The translations under genes and the position numbers were made by a program. Below are positions 59,719 through 64,000 of a stretch of 64,000 nucleotides of DNA, piece by piece. The notes beneath the pieces were generated by a model that ran no database searches, was not told the DNA's origin, and worked only from the letters and a program-made list of their open reading frames with translations. This DNA is from Candidatus Krumholzibacteriota bacterium (GTDB lineage: Bacteria > Krumholzibacteriota > Krumholzibacteriia > JAJRXK01), in NCBI GenBank assembly GCA_963727455.1, contig CAVSGG010000015.1, forward strand, positions 32,001 through 96,000, in the 5' to 3' direction. Numbering within the stretch: the first letter of the stretch is position 1; every line of letters starts with the position of its first letter.

Positions 59719-61641
59719 GTGAATCGATCCCTGGGGAGTTCTGGACGTCTGGGAACGGACCATCGACTGCGAGGGGCGCTCGGCTGTCTCCTCTTGATTC
59801 TGCTGCTCGTAGGTCCTCAGCTTGCGCAAGCGTCGGACAAAAACTCGCCAGTCCAAGCGGATTCGTCCCGAGACGCGCCGGACCAGCCCGACTGGATACC
59901 CATCATTCAGGCCTGGGCTCAAAGACCCATGGAATCGCATCTGCTGCTGCGCGAGGGGGTTCTCGCGCGGGAAGCGGGCAAGAACTCGGTGGCGGAGGAG
60001 AGGCTCGATCGCGCGACTCTGGCCGACGCCAGCAACGCTGCAGCCTGGTTCGCTCTCGCCCGGGTTCACCTGGCAAATTCCAATCCTACCTTCCTCACGG
60101 ACCTCCTCGAAGGAAGCCAGGCCAGTCTGCATAGCTTTCGGCACCAGAGCCGTTTGGCGGCCAATCTACTCTTGAGCGCAGACCTCATTCTGGCGGGCAG
60201 TTTCGCCTGGATCCTTTTCATCCTCCTTCTTCGCTATTTGCCCTTCTTGCACCACCAGATCCGCGGTCTGACCCAGGGTCCGGGCCATCTGGAAGGTAGC
60301 GGACGGTTGCTCTGGATCCCGGCGGTGGCCCCCCTCCTTTTGGGCCTGGGGGTGGTGCCCAGCCTCTGTACTGGATCGCTCATCGTCTGGCTCTACGGGG
60401 GGCGGCGGGCACGCGTTGTGGTTGCCGCGTTGTTGCTCTTCTTCTCGCTTCAGGGATATCTGGGCGGTTTCTCCACTCCGCTGGTGGGCCTGAGAGAGAC
60501 GAGCCGCAGCAGTTTGATCCAGAGAGTGACCCACGAGAGCCCCAGTCCCGCGCTGCAGAGCGAGCTGAACCGCGCGCTTGCGAATCATCCCGAGGACGCC
60601 GATCTGCTCTTCGCACGCGGCCTTTTGTACGCACGGCAGGCACGGTTCGACGAGAGCGCGCGGGATTTCCAGAGCGTCCTCAAATTGCGCCCCAATGATC
60701 CCAAGGCCGTGAACAACCTGGCGAACGACCACTATTTCCGTGGGGACTACGATCGGGCGGTCGCGGGATACCAACACAGTGCCGCGCTGGACTCGTTGCA
60801 GGGCTCGACGCATTACAACCTTGCCCAGGCGTACATCAAGAAGCTCTTCTTCAAGGAGAGCGGAGAACACATGCAGCTGGCTTCTCGAGCGGGTTTCGAG
60901 TTGGGAACCGGAGGAGTACGCCTACCCACCGGTGCAGTGTATTACCAATCGCCCGGCACTTGGGATTCATGGATCATGGCTTGGCACGAAAACAAGGAGC
61001 TGCGGGTGATGGACTTCTTGGCTCCGTGGCGCAAGTGGCTCGGAGTTCCCCCCGATCAAGTTCATCTCTGGTTGAGCGTGACTCTGATGCTCAGCCTGCT
61101 GCTCATGAAGATCTTCCCGCGCGAGAAACTCGTCTACGAATGTGCAAACTGCGGGCGCTTGAGCTGCGCTCGATGCAGCGGCCAACACGAGGGGAACGTG
61201 TTTTGCCCGGCCTGTCTTGGCACTGCCCGCAGGGCCAGGTCCGAAATGGTTCTCAGTACTTTGCTGAGAAATCGTCGCCGGTCGACCGAATTTACTTTCC
61301 GCTCCAGGGTACGCCGACTCAACACCTGGTCCATTGGTGCGGGGGAGCTTTACTCCGGTTTGAGAAAGCGCGGCGTGGTGCTCACCCTTCTGAGCGCCGT
61401 GTGCATCTTTGGCATGTCCTTCCCCTCCGGACTCTTGAACGATCTCTGGCGTCCCGTCGCCGAACTTCCCCTGCTGGCGCTGCCCAGGCTCTTCGGGGTC
61501 GCCGGTCTGTTGCTCCTGTACCTCTATTCCCGCTTCGGCCGCTCGAGCTGGCGCAGCCGGAGCTTCCACCTTCATCCTGCGAGCATGGTGCGACTGGCCG
61601 ATCTCATGGACAGTCGCGGCGAGAAGCAGATGAGAGCCTGA
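59719..61641 (+). CDS. multi-pass membrane TPR protein with a Cys-rich zinc-finger motif
   Basis: Signal peptide, TPRs (AVNNLAN, HYNLAQAY), TM segments, CANC-x4-CARC-x9-CPAC. Confidence 0.75.
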   Translation: MNRSLGSSGRLGTDHRLRGALGCLLLILLLVGPQLAQASDKNSPVQADSSRDAPDQPDWIPIIQAWAQRPMESHLLLREGVLAREAGKNSVAEERLDRATLADASNAAAWFALARVHLANSNPTFLTDLLEGSQASLHSFRHQSRLAANLLLSADLILAGSFAWILFILLLRYLPFLHHQIRGLTQGPGHLEGSGRLLWIPAVAPLLLGLGVVPSLCTGSLIVWLYGGRRARVVVAALLLFFSLQGYLGGFSTPLVGLRETSRSSLIQRVTHESPSPALQSELNRALANHPEDADLLFARGLLYARQARFDESARDFQSVLKLRPNDPKAVNNLANDHYFRGDYDRAVAGYQHSAALDSLQGSTHYNLAQAYIKKLFFKESGEHMQLASRAGFELGTGGVRLPTGAVYYQSPGTWDSWIMAWHENKELRVMDFLAPWRKWLGVPPDQVHLWLSVTLMLSLLLMKIFPREKLVYECANCGRLSCARCSGQHEGNVFCPACLGTARRARSEMVLSTLLRNRRRSTEFTFRSRVRRLNTWSIGAGELYSGLRKRGVVLTLLSAVCIFGMSFPSGLLNDLWRPVAELPLLALPRLFGVAGLLLLYLYSRFGRSSWRSRSFHLHPASMVRLADLMDSRGEKQMRA

Positions 61642-61654
61642 CGAGGTAGGACCG

Positions 61655-62737
61655 ATGGCACTGGAAGGCCGTCTCAACGATTTTACGCTGGAAGAGATTC
61701 TCCAGCTAATCTCGCTTCAACAGAAGACCGGAGTGTTGACTGTCGAAGCCTCCTACCCCATGGTGCTCTATTTCGAGAGCGGGGAGCTCGTCGGCTATCG
61801 GGATCGTCGTGGAGCCGCTCCCGATCCTCTCCAGGCCTATCTAAAGAGCTACGGCTTCTTCACAGCTGAGAACTGGGAGCATCTCAAGTTCATCCAGAGC
61901 AACAGCGACCTCGATTTCACCGAGATTATCATCAACGAAGGTCACATGACCCCGGAGGAATTACTGCGCGTCCAGCACGACGTGGCGCAGGAACACATCT
62001 TCAAGGGCATGCTCCTGCGGGACGGGCGCTATCACTTCCAATCCGGCCGCGAGTTGCTCCACGGGATTCGGGCACGCGTCAGGGTCAAAGTGGAGGGCCT
62101 TCTCATGGAGGCCGCTCGCCGCATCGACGAGATCGCGACTCTCGAAGAGCGCTATTTCGATGCTGAGGTCAGGGTCGAGAGAACTGACAAGAGTGCCGAA
62201 GGTCTGCCCCTCGGACATCGTCCGCTGAACGTGCTACAGATCATCGGCGAGGAAGCTACCGTCGGATTCGTGGAAGCTCGGGCGAAGATCTCTCATTTCG
62301 ACGTGTTGCAAACCCTCGAGATGGTGCGGGACCTGGGACTCATCCGGGTGCTGGACCTCCCCCAGGCCGCAGCGGACGAGGACGAGCCCGTCGTCCCCGA
62401 GGTCTCTGCTCGGAGAACCTCACTTTCCGCGATAGTCCTGGTGCTTCTCGCTCTGGGTGTACTTGCAACGAGCTGGTGGCTCATGCCCATGCGCTCCTAC
62501 GCGGAACGCGAGACTCCTGCCGTGGAGCGAGAGCAGGCCTACAGGAAAGACGAACTGGAGAGCCGCGTTCAGCACGCGCTCGAACTCTATCACGCAGACA
62601 AGTCGGAGTACCCCGCAAGCCTCACCGCACTTCGGAAACCCCTCACTCTCGAGCTGGACTCCGAGGAGCTGGCCCAGTTCCGCTACACGCGCAGCGGAGT
62701 CGATCACTACACGCTGGCTTTCAAAGACCAAAAATAG
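61655..62737 (+). CDS. DUF4388 (PatA-N-like) domain protein with TM helix and pseudopilin-like C-terminus
   Basis: MALEGRLNDFTLEEILQLISLQQKTGVL..LLMEAARRIDE; C-terminal ALELY..YPASL..L. Confidence 0.75.
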   Translation: MALEGRLNDFTLEEILQLISLQQKTGVLTVEASYPMVLYFESGELVGYRDRRGAAPDPLQAYLKSYGFFTAENWEHLKFIQSNSDLDFTEIIINEGHMTPEELLRVQHDVAQEHIFKGMLLRDGRYHFQSGRELLHGIRARVRVKVEGLLMEAARRIDEIATLEERYFDAEVRVERTDKSAEGLPLGHRPLNVLQIIGEEATVGFVEARAKISHFDVLQTLEMVRDLGLIRVLDLPQAAADEDEPVVPEVSARRTSLSAIVLVLLALGVLATSWWLMPMRSYAERETPAVEREQAYRKDELESRVQHALELYHADKSEYPASLTALRKPLTLELDSEELAQFRYTRSGVDHYTLAFKDQK

Positions 62738-63500
62738 CGGAGGCCCGCTTCAGCTTGGAACCGAGGCCAGCGTCGGGCGTCCGACACAGGATGGATTCGA
62801 TGGAATCGCCTCGCCGTAGAGGAATCCGCCGCAACGCGAAGAGAGGATCGACGCCCCTTGCCCCCTTTACCACGCCAAAGGCCAGGGAGAATCCGGCCCG
62901 GCGCGCGAGATCGGCCATGCGCTCGTCCGTCACCGCTTGAGGGTAGCGCAGGGCGACTGCCTCCTCCTGGAGTCTCCGCTCCAGCTCCCTGCGCGAACGA
63001 ATGAGGTCTCCAAATTCGAACTCTGGAGTCACCCTCTGAAGGCCTACCGCCTCGAAGCCCGCGGATTGCACGCGGACGCCCGCGCGCATCGCGCTGCGCA
63101 GCTGCGACCATGTGAGATGCCTGGTCTGTTGACGGAGGGGCCCAAATCCCCGGCTCGTCACCCGTCCCACCGAGGCGATGGGCAAGAACAACACCGAGGG
63201 TATCTTGCGTTCGCTGAGGATGGGGAGTGTCGAATCGAGGAAGTCCATCCCATCGTAATCGAAGCTGAGTAAGAGACCGTCAGGGGCCTCGCTCAGGCCC
63301 TCCGCCGCGGCCCAGAACTCATCCAAATCCAGGAAGCGCCGCCTCGCAGCGAGCAAATCGTCCAGGATCCTCTCCAGCTGAGACGCGGAGATGCAAGAGG
63401 ACGCGAGTCCCGCGTGATCCACGACGCGGGGACAGGCGAGGACTGTGGGTATCTTCGACGGCCTTGGCTCGGCCGCGGGGCGATCCGGATTCGACCTCAT
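62721..63500 (-). CDS. polysaccharide deacetylase (CE4/NodB-like) protein with degenerate active site
   Basis: LLLSFDYDG..TLPIL..IPSVLF..LTWSQL..SRRELE..LRYP..AGF..RIP. Confidence 0.65.
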   Translation of the reverse strand: MRSNPDRPAAEPRPSKIPTVLACPRVVDHAGLASSCISASQLERILDDLLAARRRFLDLDEFWAAAEGLSEAPDGLLLSFDYDGMDFLDSTLPILSERKIPSVLFLPIASVGRVTSRGFGPLRQQTRHLTWSQLRSAMRAGVRVQSAGFEAVGLQRVTPEFEFGDLIRSRRELERRLQEEAVALRYPQAVTDERMADLARRAGFSLAFGVVKGARGVDPLFALRRIPLRRGDSIESILCRTPDAGLGSKLKRASAIFGL

Positions 63501-63739
63501 CTAGGGAGCCTCAATTTCAGCACCGATCAAGAGCCGCTTGTACCCCCCTCCCCTGGCAAACGAGAGGACCGAGCACAGTTCACGAGTGAGCGGTGACTTG
63601 ATACGCCCAGGGCATATCTCGCTTGTATCCTATCACGAATCCCGGTAGCGAGCAAAGGAGACGGTTTGACGCCAGCGGTCCGTATGCTAGGCTGCGAAGA
63701 GGATCTCGGCCGTCCTTCACGCCCCAAGAGGATTCCGCC

Positions 63740-64000
63740 ATGCATGCGCGTCCCTTTACTCCCCTTCCCCTCTCGCCGAGCACCTTCGAACGCCTTCGGG
63801 CCAGGTCCGCCGCCGCCCTGGCCGAAGGAAAGAGAGTCTTCGATCTGAGCCTCAATTGCCCCGCGGGTGCGCTCCCGGAGCACGTGCTGAAAGCCATGCA
63901 GGATTGCTTGGAGCCGCGACCCAGTTCGGCGCAAGCTGTGGCCCGGTCCCGCGGCCTCACGGAGCTCAGGGAAGCAGTTTCCCAGTGGTACGAGCGACGA
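63740..64000 (+). CDS. class I/II PLP-dependent aminotransferase-like protein (partial, runs off the window)
   Basis: Manual translation MHARPFTPLP..GKRVFDLSLNCP..PEHVLKAM..GLTELREAVSQWYERR; AAGAGG RBS. Confidence 0.65.
   Translation, partial: MHARPFTPLPLSPSTFERLRARSAAALAEGKRVFDLSLNCPAGALPEHVLKAMQDCLEPRPSSAQAVARSRGLTELREAVSQWYERR

Noticed and set aside
63666-63688. TTGACG...TATGCT promoter for the aminotransferase
   Set aside because: The spacer is only 11 bp.

Overview
High-GC chromosomal backbone with nearly all genes on the minus strand. No mobile elements or CRISPR arrays were seen. Gene content (PorV-like barrel, T9SS-type C-terminal domain, GWxTD proteins, split gcvPA/PB, asnS) suggests a diderm bacterium of, or close to, the FCB superphylum; this is an inference. 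Housekeeping blocks: fusA2-yebC-ruvCAB-queA-tgt-yajC-def-fmt-rsmB-PASTA-rpe; pgk-tpiA-secG-tRNA-Leu; radC-mreBCD-mrdA-rodA-aroE-comF; asnS-TPR-uvrA-gcvTH-gcvPA-gcvPB-lipoate ligase-oppBCDF. The most unusual part is a ~16 kb envelope locus (26.1-42.2 kb) preceded by a ~310 nt structured leader. It encodes a TonB-dependent receptor, a large secreted protein with a T9SS-like sorting domain, a PorV-like barrel, a GWxTD protein, ExbB-ExbD-ExbD-TonB, TolC, an orphan ABC ATPase, a second GWxTD protein and an NlpC/P60 peptidase. Other notable items are a protamine/histone-like protein made of 16 RKKKTT(G/A/R/V) repeats with its own promoter and terminator, an EF-G paralogue lacking the catalytic His, and several enzymes with degenerate motifs. 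Start codons were chosen by eye. Family names come from motif recognition, not database searches.
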